Source: Podarcis filfolensis
Taxonomy: Eukaryota
Assembly (NCBI GenBank): GCA_964270895.1
Contig: OZ185435.1
Reading direction: 5' to 3' (one strand)
DNA: 64,000 nt
Below the pieces are notes generated by a model that saw only the letters and a program-made list of their open reading frames with translations, was not told the DNA's origin and ran no database searches. The position numbers were made by a program, and so were the translations under genes. This document shows positions 23,059 to 35,600 of this stretch, one piece after another (position 1 is the first letter of the stretch; the number at the start of each line of letters is the position of its first letter).

Positions 23059-25594
23059 GTGAGGCTTATTCAGCTTCATGATTCAAGCAGCTTTTGCACA
23101 ATGTGCCCAAGCCCTTTGGCAGCATAGCCAGATCTTGTCCCACTATGTGAGCGAATCTTGAGGTAAATGCAGGGGCCAGGATTCCACTTGCACAGTGGGG
23201 CTTTCCCCTCTCTCCTCCCTATGCCCCACATATCCCCTGAAATTGTTTAGAGGTTGAGAGAATTCCCAGAACAGCATGCAGGGGCAGAAGAGGGGGAATC
23301 ATTCTATTTGGCAAGCCAAAATGTTTGCTGTGACAGAACAATCGCCTTAGACCAATATTGAATTCCTCACACTTGTGGAGAGTTGCACGTGTGTATTCCA
23401 CCACAGTGTGCTGTAATAATGCACCACCATGATGTCTGCATGCACAGTATCTCCTGTAAGCTATCAGAAAGAAAACTGAACCGCCATGCAGGAAGCTATA
23501 TTTGTTGTTGTCCCTTAGGAAAACTCTGAGGCTGTATGCATTGTGTAAGCTCTCCTTTCCTCTCAGTTCTGGCTGCTTTTTCAACAGCAACCTACGTGTT
23601 ATACCAAAAAGCATGTATCAGTAGCCCAGTGACTTCCTTTTTTGCTCTTGGGAAAGCTGCTTTAGGAGTGAGGGATTGGCAATGAATAAGTGAAGGAAAT
23701 GGGCAACTAGGCAAATAACAATTTTCACACAAGGCCTGAGGTCTGGGAGTGCTGCTGCCAGTCAGCATAAATGGTACCACTGGTCTAATTTAGTATGAGG
23801 TAGCATCATGTGTTTCTGCGTTCATTTAGACTTACTACATAGAGTTTCAATATTCTCATTATTTATTTTCAAATTCATACTTGATTGCTTTTAGTAATGA
23901 GACACAAACACATGTATGTTTGGAATGTAGACCAATTATGCCAAGCAGGCTATTGCTCCTTTTTGGTCACGGGAACCTTCATTCAAGGAATTAGGATTTC
24001 TTAAATTGCATCTCATATAATCTTTTTTTAAAAGATTATGCACATTCCCCATTTGCTGACATGAATTGATCAAAATTGACCTTTGTAATTTCATCTCTCA
24101 AGCAAACTCTTAAAATGTATTACAAAGAAAAAGTCTGTATTACTTAAAAGGAAGTTATAATTAATTTTGAGATAAAAGTAAGATTTCGATGAGAACTTGG
24201 GAGTGCTCCTTGACATTTTGCATTGTTATATTAATAAGCTCTTGGAAAAACTGCAGGGGGGGGGGAGGTTTGGTATTTGAATGGAAAAAAGGATGTTCAG
24301 AAGTTGCACCCAAGTTAAACAGTATATTAGTGTTCATCTCAAGGATAAAATGGCATGGCTTTACAGGTTATTAAGCAGATTATTTCTGCTTATTTAATGT
24401 ATTAACTTTTTAATTTTGCTGCTTCTGAAAAGTGTCATGCAAATAAATAAAAATATTAACCAATAAAACATTCCAGAAATTCAGATTTAAATCAAACTGT
24501 TACAAATCCATATCAAACTGGAATAGAAATCCAAATGCCTGTCTGGAGAGATTTTTAAAAATTTCATTTCTACACCTGCACATATAAAGAGAAGAGGGTT
24601 TACTCACTAACAACAGCAAAAAAAAAAAAGGGAATAAAGCCTCTCTTATCTTGATTTTTGAGTTTCATTCATTTTAGTGGTTTGAACCCCAAACAGAATG
24701 TACACATCAGGGTTTTATCACACCCTTACCTACTGTCTTCCCATTGCCCCGTGAAAGACTGTGGTTGCAGTCCACAGACCCTCTGGAACAGTGTACGGTG
24801 AGGTACAGGTGGCTATTGCTTGAGGGGCAGGGTTGGTGAAAACTAATGCTCCCCGCATACATAGGCAGAAGTTATATCCATTTACACATGGATCACTGCA
24901 TTCCCAGTGGATGTTTGTTTTCCAGAAACTCACACTTTGTCTCTTTCAGCCACACATACATCATAGCACTTACAATCTACCTAACTGCCCAGCACTGAGA
25001 AAAAGTGTTTTACTTGCCATCTGTCTTTAATACCTTCATTGTAGCACACTACTATACTGGATAATGACATTATCCAAAATATTGTACAACTAGCAGAGAG
25101 CATAAATGAGCAAAATGTATTAAGTTAAGGCAGAGCTTCTTACCTGATTTTTAAAATTGTTTCTCATAGATAAATTCCATGTGTCAATCATCTTGTAGGT
25201 TGGGTTATCTATTACTATTCTTTATTTGTGCATGATAAGATAAGCCCAGTGTTAAAGATGCTAACCACAATGCTGTTTTTCCCACACACATATGAGAAGA
25301 ACAGACTTGACAAATCAGGACCAGCATTGTGTGCGTTGGTTTGTAGCAGGGTAGCAACACCAGTGGTTGCTGCTGCCCTTGAGTTAGACTTTACTGTCAG
25401 GACCATTGTCCCTTCATGCAAAAATGATGTAAGAGATCTCTCATTTTCAACTATGCTGTTTTGTAGCCAAAGCAACCATATACAACATTTTATTTAAAGC
25501 AAAATAAATGGAAAAATATGTTTTGTGCTTATGTAACTATTGTTCATATTTTTGCCATTCCTTCACCATCTTCCTGGTCTTCATTGCTTATTAG

Positions 25595-25703
25595 GAGAAA
25601 GCCCAAATGCAAAAAGATTTATGGAGAATAGAAGATGTTACGGCTGGCCTAAGTGCAAACAAATCCAACTATAAAGTCATCATAGAGTCTATAAAGAATC
25701 CAG
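25595..25703 (+). CDS. PLEKHA7: PLEKHA7 exon (EKAQMQKDLWRIEDVTAGLSANKSNYKVIIESIKNP)
   Basis: ttattag acceptor and gtaagt donor; 109 nt, phase 0 to 1. Confidence 0.96.
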
Positions 25704-26193
25704 GTAAGTAAAATGCACACATTTTAATGCATACATTAAAAGCTATATCTCCTTATCCAGATCTAAGCTTGAATTAAATTTGGCAGCCACATTTTTTTCA
25801 TTGAGGAGTTGCCTCTGTTATTTTAGGACAATGATATCTGCATCACAGAGGAATCTCCTTGGTTCACTTCTAATCCTGCATAATGATGGGAGATTGTCCA
25901 ACATTATGCATTCAAATTGGCTGCTTATCATTCTTAACTTTTCTAACAAAAGCATATCCCATCTTGCACTGCTGGCAACTTTTCTCTCACCTTCTCATTA
26001 GCGTTACCATTCAGGGCCTGCTGAAATCTGTCAGGTTCATACATAGAAAAGTATGTCTTTTTATATTTCCAAAAGTAGTTCAATAAACATTAAGGTGCTG
26101 TGTCTAAATATTATATTTAGGTTCATATTGTGCATGTGGATTCCTCAGTGTTTCTGACCTACATCTGTGTGCATTATGTCTTCCTCTTTGCAG

Positions 26194-26432
26194 AGAGAAA
26201 AACAGTGCCTTCGTTTTCAAAACCTCTAGTGCCTTCATTATCATCTACTCTCATGTCAGGGGACAGCAAACTTTCTACTCAGCAAAGTTCACCATCTAGT
26301 CCTGTCAAGCCCTCTTTAGAAGTCAGACTTCTTCCGCAGCCTTATACGCAACCTAGAATGTTCTCGCCATCCCAGCAAATGAAAAAAGTTGAGCCTCCAG
26401 TTCAGTCACCTGTAAAATTAACGCCAAATGTT
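26194..26432 (+). CDS. PLEKHA7: PLEKHA7 exon (ERKTVPSFSKPL...SPVKLTPNV)
   Basis: ttcctctttgcag acceptor and gtaagt donor; phase 1 to 0. Lies inside ORF 26130-26531. Confidence 0.93.
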
Positions 26433-26476
26433 GTAAGTGTCATAACTACGGTATCATGTAATCAGTGGGCTAAAAG

Positions 26477-26654
26477 CAGTTCTTTTTTCTGGGAGAATGC
26501 AGGAGTATGCATACCCCTAAACGTTTTGTGAATCTTTGTACTTTTGTCCATTTACTGTATTTATTTTTCCCGATTTGAACTATAAAATGGTAATTCCCTT
26601 GAGTAAAAATGAGAGTACCTCTAAACATTTCTTTTAGGGGGGGGGAAAGCACTG
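26477..26654. mobile_element. hAT-like MITE, same family as 14644-14788
   Basis: Shares gtatgcatacccctaaac and gagagtacctctaaacatt; flanks gctaaaag and gctagtag match at 6 of 8. Confidence 0.78.
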
Positions 26655-27001
26655 GCTAGTAGTATCTGGGAATGGGTTTTCTTTGTGTATACAACATACA
26701 GTAATGAAGCCTGATACCAGACAGCATATTATTCTGACTCTCTTTACCTCAGTTTTGCAATGCTCTGAATTGAGATGTAATGCTGTGACTTGTTGGCGCT
26801 GCTTAAGAAAGACAGGAAACAAGACTGAAGAAATACCCAAAACACATTCTTGAAGCTGTGTTCAGGCCATTTAGTTTGAATTCATGCACATTATTTTCTT
26901 GGATTTAAACAAAAGAAATGTCAGTTTTACCATTTTGTGCCTGTTGAAATGGCTGAACACCGCAGGCTAAAGGACATGTTTGCTTCTTAATATTGTGTCA
27001 G

Positions 27002-27190
27002 GAAGACGAAGCGCCACCAAGACCTCCTCTTCCACAGTTGTACAGCCCTGATGACCACCCACCAGCCGTCCCACCTCTTCCCAGGGAAGCCACTGTCATC
27101 AGGCACACCTCAGTGCGGGGCCTGAAACGCCAGTCAGATGAAAGGAAACGAGACCGTGAACTAGGGCAGTATGTCAACGGAGATTACAGG
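27002..27190 (+). CDS. PLEKHA7: PLEKHA7 exon, proline-rich (EDEAPPRPPLPQLYSP...GQYVNGDYR)
   Basis: tgtcag acceptor and gtaagc donor; 189 nt. Confidence 0.96.
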
Positions 27191-27375
27191 GTAAGCACGC
27201 AGGCCCTGGTTTTCCAAATGTAGTTGTATTGCTTTAAAAAGTATGTTTCCTCAAATATGACCATTATGAAACATAATATGATGACTTCAGGGAGACAGTA
27301 TATGACTCCAACAAAATTATGAAAATGTGTCCTATATTTTTGCAATCTGATTTAGTCAAGTGTTTATCTGTACAG

Positions 27376-27493
27376 GTAGAACTCCGCTCATATGTGAGTG
27401 AACCTGAACTGGAAACAATAGGCAGTGATCTGAGCCAACCTTCTGCTGGTTTTCTAGGTACTGACAGTAGATACCAAACATTACCTAGCAGAG
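27376..27493 (+). CDS. PLEKHA7: PLEKHA7 exon (VELRSYVSEPELE...SRYQTLPSR)
   Basis: ctgtacag acceptor and gtaagt donor; 118 nt, phase 0 to 1. Confidence 0.95.
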
Positions 27494-27849
27494 GTAAGTT
27501 AAGAGATTCACCAGTACATATAAATATAGATTCAAAGCTGTTTAGTTCCATTTGATACATGGGTGTGTTAGAACTCCACATGATTCTAGAAGGGACAGGG
27601 ATAGAAGGATCCTATCCAGTCCTATACTAAGTGCTTAAGCTTTCATTGTATCCCTTTCCCTGGCAGACTAACCCACCTAACTGAGACTGTGTTATCCCAG
27701 AAGCAGAGCTTTTAGTGACTCACACCAGAGATGAATGAACAATTCAGTTAAAAGAATCTACATAGCTTGAGTCTGAAGCCACATCTATCCATCAGCAATA
27801 ATGTTATCACTAATATTTACTTGTAGATTCTCTGGGAGCTAAATGCTCT

Positions 27850-28250
27850 AAATAGATCTTTTTAAAAAGAAAATCGGGTGTTTCATATTTGAGCTCTATA
27901 AAAACTGTTGTATGGATACTATCTAGACCCAGTGATTTGTTAGTTTTTAATTTGTCAGTACACTGCTGTGTCATCCATACACCGATAAATCCTTCAACTT
28001 AGCTGGCCCTTTGCTTAGCTGGTCCTTTGTATGGGACAGATAGCATTGCATTTCAGAGAAAGTTGCCTTGCCTTTCAGCCTCCTACCTAGCAACCTAAAT
28101 TTAGCTTCCAGGACCTCATAGCTGCATTTCTTGTTCCATTTCAAACACCTCTTTCTTGAAATTTGCTGTTAGTTTTGAGCATATAGCCTGTTCACAAATC
28201 AGGACAGCCAGATCTTTTTACATGTAGTTAATAGGACATACCTGGATAGA
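27850..28250 (-). mobile_element. Degraded CR1 ORF2 fragment
   Basis: Minus strand reads DKLKTNKSLGLDSIH, a decayed KSPGPDGIHP motif. Boundaries approximate. Confidence 0.6.
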
Positions 28251-28347
28251 AAGAAAAATATATATTAAAAAATAGATTTAGAAAGCACTGAGTACATTTC
28301 TTCCTAAATACAATTTTGCTTTAAAAGCACCTTTTTCCTTTGTAAAG

Positions 28348-28427
28348 GATTATCTGGCTCAACTTCCAGACTGCATCAGTCATCAACAGCTTCATCATAT
28401 GCAACATTTCGAAGAGATGGTTCCAAG
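28348..28427 (+). CDS. PLEKHA7: PLEKHA7 exon (GLSGSTSRLHQSSTASSYATFRRDGSK)
   Basis: cttttcctttgtaaag acceptor and gtaatt donor; 80 nt, phase 1 to 0. Confidence 0.92.
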
Positions 28428-29015
28428 GTAATTCTGCACATATCTTTATGGATACCAAATCTAATCAACAGAGTTGCTTTTTGCTTTAATATATAACAAG
28501 TTCAGCCACAATATAAGATAGGTGGGGTTATATAATTCTGTTCAGTTTAGGGTTTATAGTTATTGCAACTCCAGTTGTCAGAATTGTTAATTACCTATGC
28601 CTCTTGTGTAAAATTAGGTGCTTGCAGCATAGGGACGTATTTACTTTCGAGAAAGAGGTTACAATGTATGGGAAACTGACAGCTTTTTTGTTTCCATTGA
28701 AAGAAGAAAAGGATTGGTCACTGTCTTTAGCCTTTTATAGTGACATACTCTAAACAGAATTGTTCTAGAGTATGTGCATTACAGTTTGGAAATAAAAAGG
28801 GAAATCCAGTACAGTGTATGGTCTAGCAGGTGCATCTACTATTATAATAAAGGGGAGGCAATTTTTGCTGATGCTTCCATCCTCTCCCCTTTTAAAAAAA
28901 ATAGCAGACACCTCTGATGGATCAGAAGCCATTCTGTATGTAGAACAGGAGCTTTGGATTTCGTCCCTAGGATACAGCTTTAAAAGTATTAAATATCACA
29001 CGCTCTTGTTAACAG

Positions 29016-29216
29016 GATAGACCGAAGAGTGCCTTGGAACGTTTATACTCCGGAGATCACCAAAGAGGCAAGATGAGTGCCGAGGAACAACTAGAAAGAA
29101 TGAAACGACATCAAAAGGCATTAGTTCGTGAACGCAAGAGAACTCTTGGTCAAGGAGAAAGACAGTCTGTCTCGTCACGATCATTCGTCCGGCCTGTTTC
29201 TGCAGACGTAGGCTCA
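29016..29216 (+). CDS. PLEKHA7: PLEKHA7 exon (DRPKSALERLYSGDHQRGKMSAEEQLERMK...SADVGS); read-through to TAG at 29223-29225 gives the short ...GSVC* isoform
   Basis: ttgttaacag acceptor and gtatgt donor at 29217. The canonical human isoform, as recalled, ends GDLGSVC. Confidence 0.96.
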
Positions 29217-29769
29217 GTATGTTAGACATGCCTTAAGAGGACTAGACTAAAAATATGATCTGTAGCTTCTCTAGTAAGCACTTTTATTTGAAAGTGCATT
29301 ACACTTGTATTATTTAATTATAGTGCTATATCAATTTCTGAAGTGCAAATAACAGAATATGGCTTTTAACTCTAAATAGTCACAGCTTAATGTAGCAGGT
29401 GCAGAAGTAACGGCATAAGAAAAGTCTAGCAATGAAAGAATTTTGTGGAAATGGATTCATATATGGATATTGGGTTGGTCTTGGCTTATCCCCCCCCCCT
29501 CTATTGCAGGGGTAGGGAATCTGTGGACCTCTAGATATTGTTGAACTCCCAGCCAGCATGGTCAGTGGTTGGAATTATGGTATTCCAGCAACATTTGGAG
29601 TGCTACAGCTTTCCCACCTCATCCTATTGGCTTAAGCTATGCTATGAAAACAATAAGTTTGCATTTTTTTCTGATTGAACCATAAAAGAATGAGCTCTGT
29701 AGATGTAGGTAGTACATTAAAGAAACTATATTGCAAGTTTAGTAGACCATAGTAGCTATGGTTCTGTCA

Positions 29770-29775
29770 AATAAA
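29770..29775 (+). terminator. Candidate intronic AATAAA poly(A) signal for the PLEKHA7 SVC* isoform
   Basis: AATAAA 545 nt after the TAG at 29225. Confidence 0.35.
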
Positions 29776-31429
29776 GATTTTTTTAAAGAAAGCATAGGAT
29801 TTGACAAATTTTATATATTAACTATAAAGTGTAGAAGCTAATTTAACAGATGTTTATACAGCTGCTAATGTCCATTTATAAATTATTATTCAGATTCCTA
29901 GAATAGTCTAGCAAGTATCTGCATTCAGTTAGCAAAAATTAAGTTATTTCAATGGTTAAATGTTGGATTAAATATAAACATAGGGTGATTCATTTTGGGT
30001 GGTTAACCACAGCATTTCTTACTGGTTCAGTCATTTCTATTTTACATAACAAATCTTAAGTAATTTTACAAAGAAGTATATCCCATTATAATTAGTAAGA
30101 TTTACTTCCAATGAATGGGCATGATCTAAGAGTGATGTGCACAGAACAGAATTTCATGCAGAGCAAAGTTCCATTTGCCATTTCTACAACAGCAGTTATC
30201 ATTGCCAAAGAATGAGGCTCTTAAAAAATGAATAGTTTGTCTCTTTAGTTATGGTAGCTATCTGGGACAGAAACAGCGAGCAAAGCCTTTTTTTACGGCA
30301 TGTGCTGGTTTTGCTTATGTGTGCACTGCATTTTGGGATTGCAACCACCCTGCTTAGGATCCGGGTGCCAGGCTGCTGCCTTAAACATGTTTACATGGAA
30401 ATAATCTCCACTAAACTAAATGGGATTTACTTTCAGTATTTGGCCTCAGTCCAATGCACAGTTAAAAGTACAGAGCGCCTGTTGAAATTTTGTGTTTTTA
30501 GTATTCGTTGTGCATTTTCTAAGCATTGCTCAGAATACTTCTTTCTCTGGAATGTGTCCGTTGTGAATGTTGATGTAAAAAAAAAGCAGAAAAGAGCCAT
30601 TTTTAAATGAAAGTAATACACCACCCAATGTAGATTTTTAAATATAAATTTATAGTTGTGGGACATACAAAACCTTGCTGAAGTGTCACTTCTGAAAATA
30701 ATGTTAGCTTGTGGCCAATGTGTTGAGGATTATGATAAATTTCAGATGGGTAACTATACTAGTCTGTTGCAGCAAAACAGATTTATTGTAGCTCGATCTA
30801 TGGCCCAGATGCATGAAGTGGTAGTCTAAGAACCAAATTATTTTATCTGTTAAATAAGTAAATGCACTTAATATGTCTGATTTGAGTTTTTTGAACTGCA
30901 GCTTCTTGGGTGGGAGCGATCAAGACCATGGCACAGCGGAGTGGAGAGGTCTAACCCCAAACGATGATTTGTCCCAGTAGGGCAGCTGCATAGACAGTAA
31001 TGGCAACTTCCCTCCTGGGACACAGCAGTTTTGGAAAGTGTGCCAGAGTCCCAGCATGCCAAAGTCCTCATTCTAATGACACACACATACTGTGACTGCT
31101 ATTTAATAACAAAAGTCAGAGAAGTTAAGTGCATTCATAAATTTAGAATACTGGCACGTCAAGCCAAATTCTGGCTTGTTACTGGCTGCATCTTATAGTT
31201 AGCAAGGATAGATAAACCCAGTTTCAGAAAGTCCAGGTTCAGTTGGCATGCTAAGCCTAACCTTGGCTTAGCTCAGTGCCTGGGAGAAAAATGGTCAGGG
31301 AGTAGCAAAGCAACTGCAGGTTCCTATCTGGGAACCCATGTGCTCAAGCAGTCCGATACTTTGGCCTACCATGATGTGCAAATCAGACCATTATGTAGTT
31401 TGGCTCTTAGAAGTTAGGTATAACTATAA

Positions 31430-31592
31430 CAGTGCTTTGGGGGGGGGGAGGTGCTCAAAGGTACACAGTACTGATACTTTCCCCCCCCCCAATGTTAAAA
31501 GTGTGGCACTCACTGTAATAACTTCATGGTGAGTACTGGCACCCCGTTTAATGCGGGGAACAGTCATTCTATTTTTTTTAAAAAAGGCACTG
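31430..31592. mobile_element. MITE related to the CAGTGCTTT TIR family
   Basis: cagtgcttt...aaaggcactg termini; no clear TSD. Confidence 0.55.
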
Positions 31593-32235
31593 GGTGTATA
31601 GATCTTGATTGCAGCTGAGGAAGGAGGATCAAAGTGAGTCCAAAAGGTCAAACAATGCAAGAGATAATGGTAGGTGAATTACAGTGTTATGCATAGCACA
31701 AATGAAAAGAAGATCCAATGAATATAAGATCCAATCAGTGTTGATGTGACCCTCCCCTGATTAGCAGCCACTGGAACCGTTACTTTCCATAGCAAGCTAG
31801 CCATTTCCATTATTTCTGGAGTGTCACATTTGCTAATGAATTCACATACAGTGGCTTTATATTGGAGTGTCACTTTGAAATCTTTTTCTTAGATTTCAAG
31901 TCCTAGAAGGTTAAAATGCTCTTCCGCTGGTTTTTATGACTATTTTAAATGTCTGATTTCTCTCCATATATTCTTGAGCATAGAGACCAGCCTGATTAAT
32001 TTTTTAATGGCATTTAGATGTGAGTGAACAAGCTTTTGATGTCAGACTGACATCGTTTGGTCTAACAGAATGTTGCTCTTAGCTAATACTTCTATAATTC
32101 GTTGTTAAGAATTTTCCTTAAAGATATAGTATCCTTTCCTGCTTCCTGTTCTTATTTGCAGACAGACACATCCCCAACCTTAAGCAATAATTGGTCGCCT
32201 AAAAGTGTGTAACAAACTCCGGTGTCAACTCTGGA

Positions 32236-32455
32236 TGGTATCCTACAAAGGGCTTCCAGCAGTGCAAGGGTTTCCTCTTGTGCAAGGGTTTCCTCTTGTG
32301 CAATGGAACTTCTCCTCTCCCTGCCTACACCCTTCCCAAATGGTTGGGGGAATCTCCAGAACAGTTCTGGGGGCCAGACAGAGAAGAGGGAAGGAAAGTT
32401 CCATTGCACAGCCAAAAGCCCTTCTGCTAGCAGAAGCACTTTTTTGGATACCACC
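32236..32455. mobile_element. Old palindromic MITE-like element containing an 18-bp tandem duplication
   Basis: ggtatcc/ggatacc ends and an inverted pair gtgcaatggaactt/aagttccattgcac; gtgcaagggtttcctctt occurs twice at 32262-32297. Confidence 0.6.
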
Positions 32456-32503
32456 CTGCTTCCATATTTGATTAGGTGTTGCATTCATTTTGATTGGGTT
32501 CTG

Positions 32504-32661
32504 TAATAATTTATAATAATTTAATAATTTATTATTTATACCCTGCCCATCTGGCTGTGTTTCCCCAGCCACTCTGGACAGCTCCCAACTGAATATTGAA
32601 AACACAATACAACATTAAACATGAAAAAAGTCCCTAAACAGGGCTGCCTTCAGATGTATTC
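32504..32661 (-). mobile_element. L2 3' end, same family as 43830-44660
   Basis: Reverse-complement similarity to 44490-44660 (ggctgccttcagatgt; tttccccagccactctg). Confidence 0.75.
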
Positions 32662-35600
32662 TGTATTCACTTGTGCTCTGCATAATACTGTAACACTGCT
32701 ACAGGTGTAGTCTTTGGCCCCACTTTGTAAAAAAACCCAATATCTTAATTTTTCTCTCTGTATTTAAGGTGGGCACTGGCCTATGAAAGCTTACATCGCA
32801 ATGAATTTGTTATTTTTTAAGGTGTCATGGGAATTTGTTGCTTAGGATAATGATTTCATTATAACACTGAGAGATTTACACAATCACAGTAACATTAATT
32901 CTTTGCATTGCCTTCTCCTCTTGGTACACTAGAACTATGTAATGCTCATCACCTGCCTAATTCATTGCACAAGGTCTCTTGCTTCTAGAGTTGCCACTCA
33001 CATCATACATAATGGCTTTCATGTTTGTTTTTAAATTTTCTAATTATTTAAAACAATTTCTAACTAGACCACTCAGTTTCTGCCAGGCTTAATTGCATTT
33101 TAGTAGCTTTTTGTTAAATTCCTACTGAGTTTTTCATTTTTGTTGTGGGCTTTGCCCTTTAACCCTTTTTGTTCCCATTTTAAATAGTTGCTTAGTAGCA
33201 CTAATTTGCAATTCATTTATGATTCATTACTTTACTAAATACACATTTGGACTCTTAAAGGGACCTGGTGCATTCAGATTTATATATTTGCAGTCACACT
33301 TTAATTGAGTAACAGTATATATCTTTTAGGAAAGGTAAAGCCCTGCCATATTCATGTTTTAAGTAGCAGGTTTTAAATCTTTTTAAAAAATGTATAGCTA
33401 TTGCACACATACTTATTTCAAATGCAAACATTTCATAACTTTTTAACAAGTTAAACAAATAACTTTACATATTTGCATGCCATATTGGTCTGTGTTCTTG
33501 CTGTAAAATATACAAATGGCACAGTAGGGCCAAGAAGAAAATGTTTCATAGAGATCTCTTTCTTGTATGCCCAAACTGCTCCAGTGCACAAAAAGTAACA
33601 TTTGATAGCACAATTTACAGCAGGACACTAATTTAGCAGCCAAATGGTGAACAATGGAATATGTAATTATTGTGCACAGTTTATAACATTGCATACATTG
33701 TATGTGTAAATCTACTTTTAATACAATGCACTGATATTTTTTTAAAAGATCACTTTTTAAATGTAGTATGACATTAAAAATGTTGAGCAGAATATATGGA
33801 TTTGTCATTTAATTTTGATGTAAAAGACTCCGTATCAACACCAATAAACATACTTCCTAATACTGAATTCACGTTTTTCTTCAAGTATAAAATTAATTCA
33901 GAATTAATATTGTGTTTCTATTATACATATTCTGGCAATCAGGCCTGGTTTGAATATTGAGATGTCTGGTTATGGTGCATTTTAATGGTGAAGAAGATTG
34001 TCCTTTCTCCTCTTCAACAGTTTTAAAGGCTCCAATTTTTGCTTGAGAAGCAGCTGCCTTTAAATTAAGCAATATTTATCCTATTCCTAATACAAATACT
34101 TGATATGTTCTGAGTGAAAATCAAGAGCTTGTGCATGAATGGTCGCCCCACCCCACTGAACTCCCCCAAAACCCACTATGGACTATAGATCCAGAGTGTC
34201 CCCTTGGTGAACAGAAGGGCTTCTGTTCATGAAAAGGATTAAGATCTAGCAGGTGCTTTCACTGAAGTAAGGGTGGGAGCCATTTTTGTTGATTCCCCTT
34301 TCCCTGGGCAACTTCCCACACTGTTCCAGAAGCAACCAGGGGCAAGTAGGGATCAGCAAAAACTACTCTCCTCACTTCTTCCAGCAGTCACTGGAACTCT
34401 TGACTCGGCATGAGGTTGGATCCCATGTCTTACAAAGTGTAAATGCAAATATGCTGCTGTGACATCCTTTCTTTGTTGAAGTTAAGTCCTTGAGGGGAGA
34501 TTAATCCCATAAGCACACTGAGAGAAAACTGAAATGTTCCTTTGTGAGTTGAGGTAATGGGTGAGAACATAAACGATCCAATTAGGCTGGTGAGCCAGAG
34601 GGCTGCTTGGTTTCTGCAAAGACTAAGGGAGGGTTAATTTTATTTTTCCTCTGACAGCAGGGCCAATTGTATTATCATTAGCTGCATTATCAAAACCTAT
34701 CTGCTACATAGCAACGGTTTGAGTAATGCAGGTCCAAAGGTCCACAGCCCCAGTAGATGTGTGGATCTCTGGATTGTAGCCAATGGATCAAAATTACATA
34801 TTAATTGGAGAGGAAAATACAGGTATCATATTTTCACATTTGCATTCCCCCAAAGTAGGTACTCCATTCAAGCCTTTCATTTTGTAATAGTAAAAACTTG
34901 GTTGTTTTGTGGGGAGTTGTATGAGTAGAGTATGCTAGCTCTAGGGCAGTTTAATGAGGTGCACTAAACTTTTCTTATATGAAACATATTACGTATTTTA
35001 GAGGTACTTAAAACATTTTCAGGTGTCCAGTTAAACCAGGGTGGTCCAACTGAAGGTCTTTTCTGGCAGCTCAGCAACATTTGACTCCCTCCTGACCGCC
35101 ACTGCCGGCTTTGGGAAGGAGGTATGAGGATTCTGCAGGGTCCTAGAGTCCTCCTCCCCATACCTAGTTCGCACATTCCCAGCTTTGAGGAGGAGGTGGG
35201 AGGGTCAAAGACCCAGCCAGAGCCTCACACCTCCTTCCCAAGGCCCAGGGCCTTGGTCAGCTGGCTTTAGGAAGGCAGTGCGAGGGCTGGTGGGGGCACA
35301 TCTAATTTTGACCTTGGCAAGGCAACGTGTGACCTGCAGATTCTGTGTTGAGGTAGTCTTGTGACCCACTTGGTGTGAATAGTTGGGCTTCCCTGCGATA
35401 AATAGTAGGATTATTTTCATTGCAACTTAGAAGAACATGCATTCAGTGCTTTTGAAGACTGTAAATTGATCAGAATACATAGTGTTCAATTTTTTGTCGT
35501 TGTAAAAGGTACTCCAAAGGGATTTTGAACGAATATGGAGTGTTCGTAAGAATTAAGGGATCTAATATATAAACATGGTTTGTTATAGTGGACAGTTTTC

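Noticed and set aside
32152-32605. Overlapping ORFs on both strands with repeated peptides (LAQEET x2)
   Set aside because: Explained by the palindromic MITE, its 18-bp duplication and the adjacent L2 tail.
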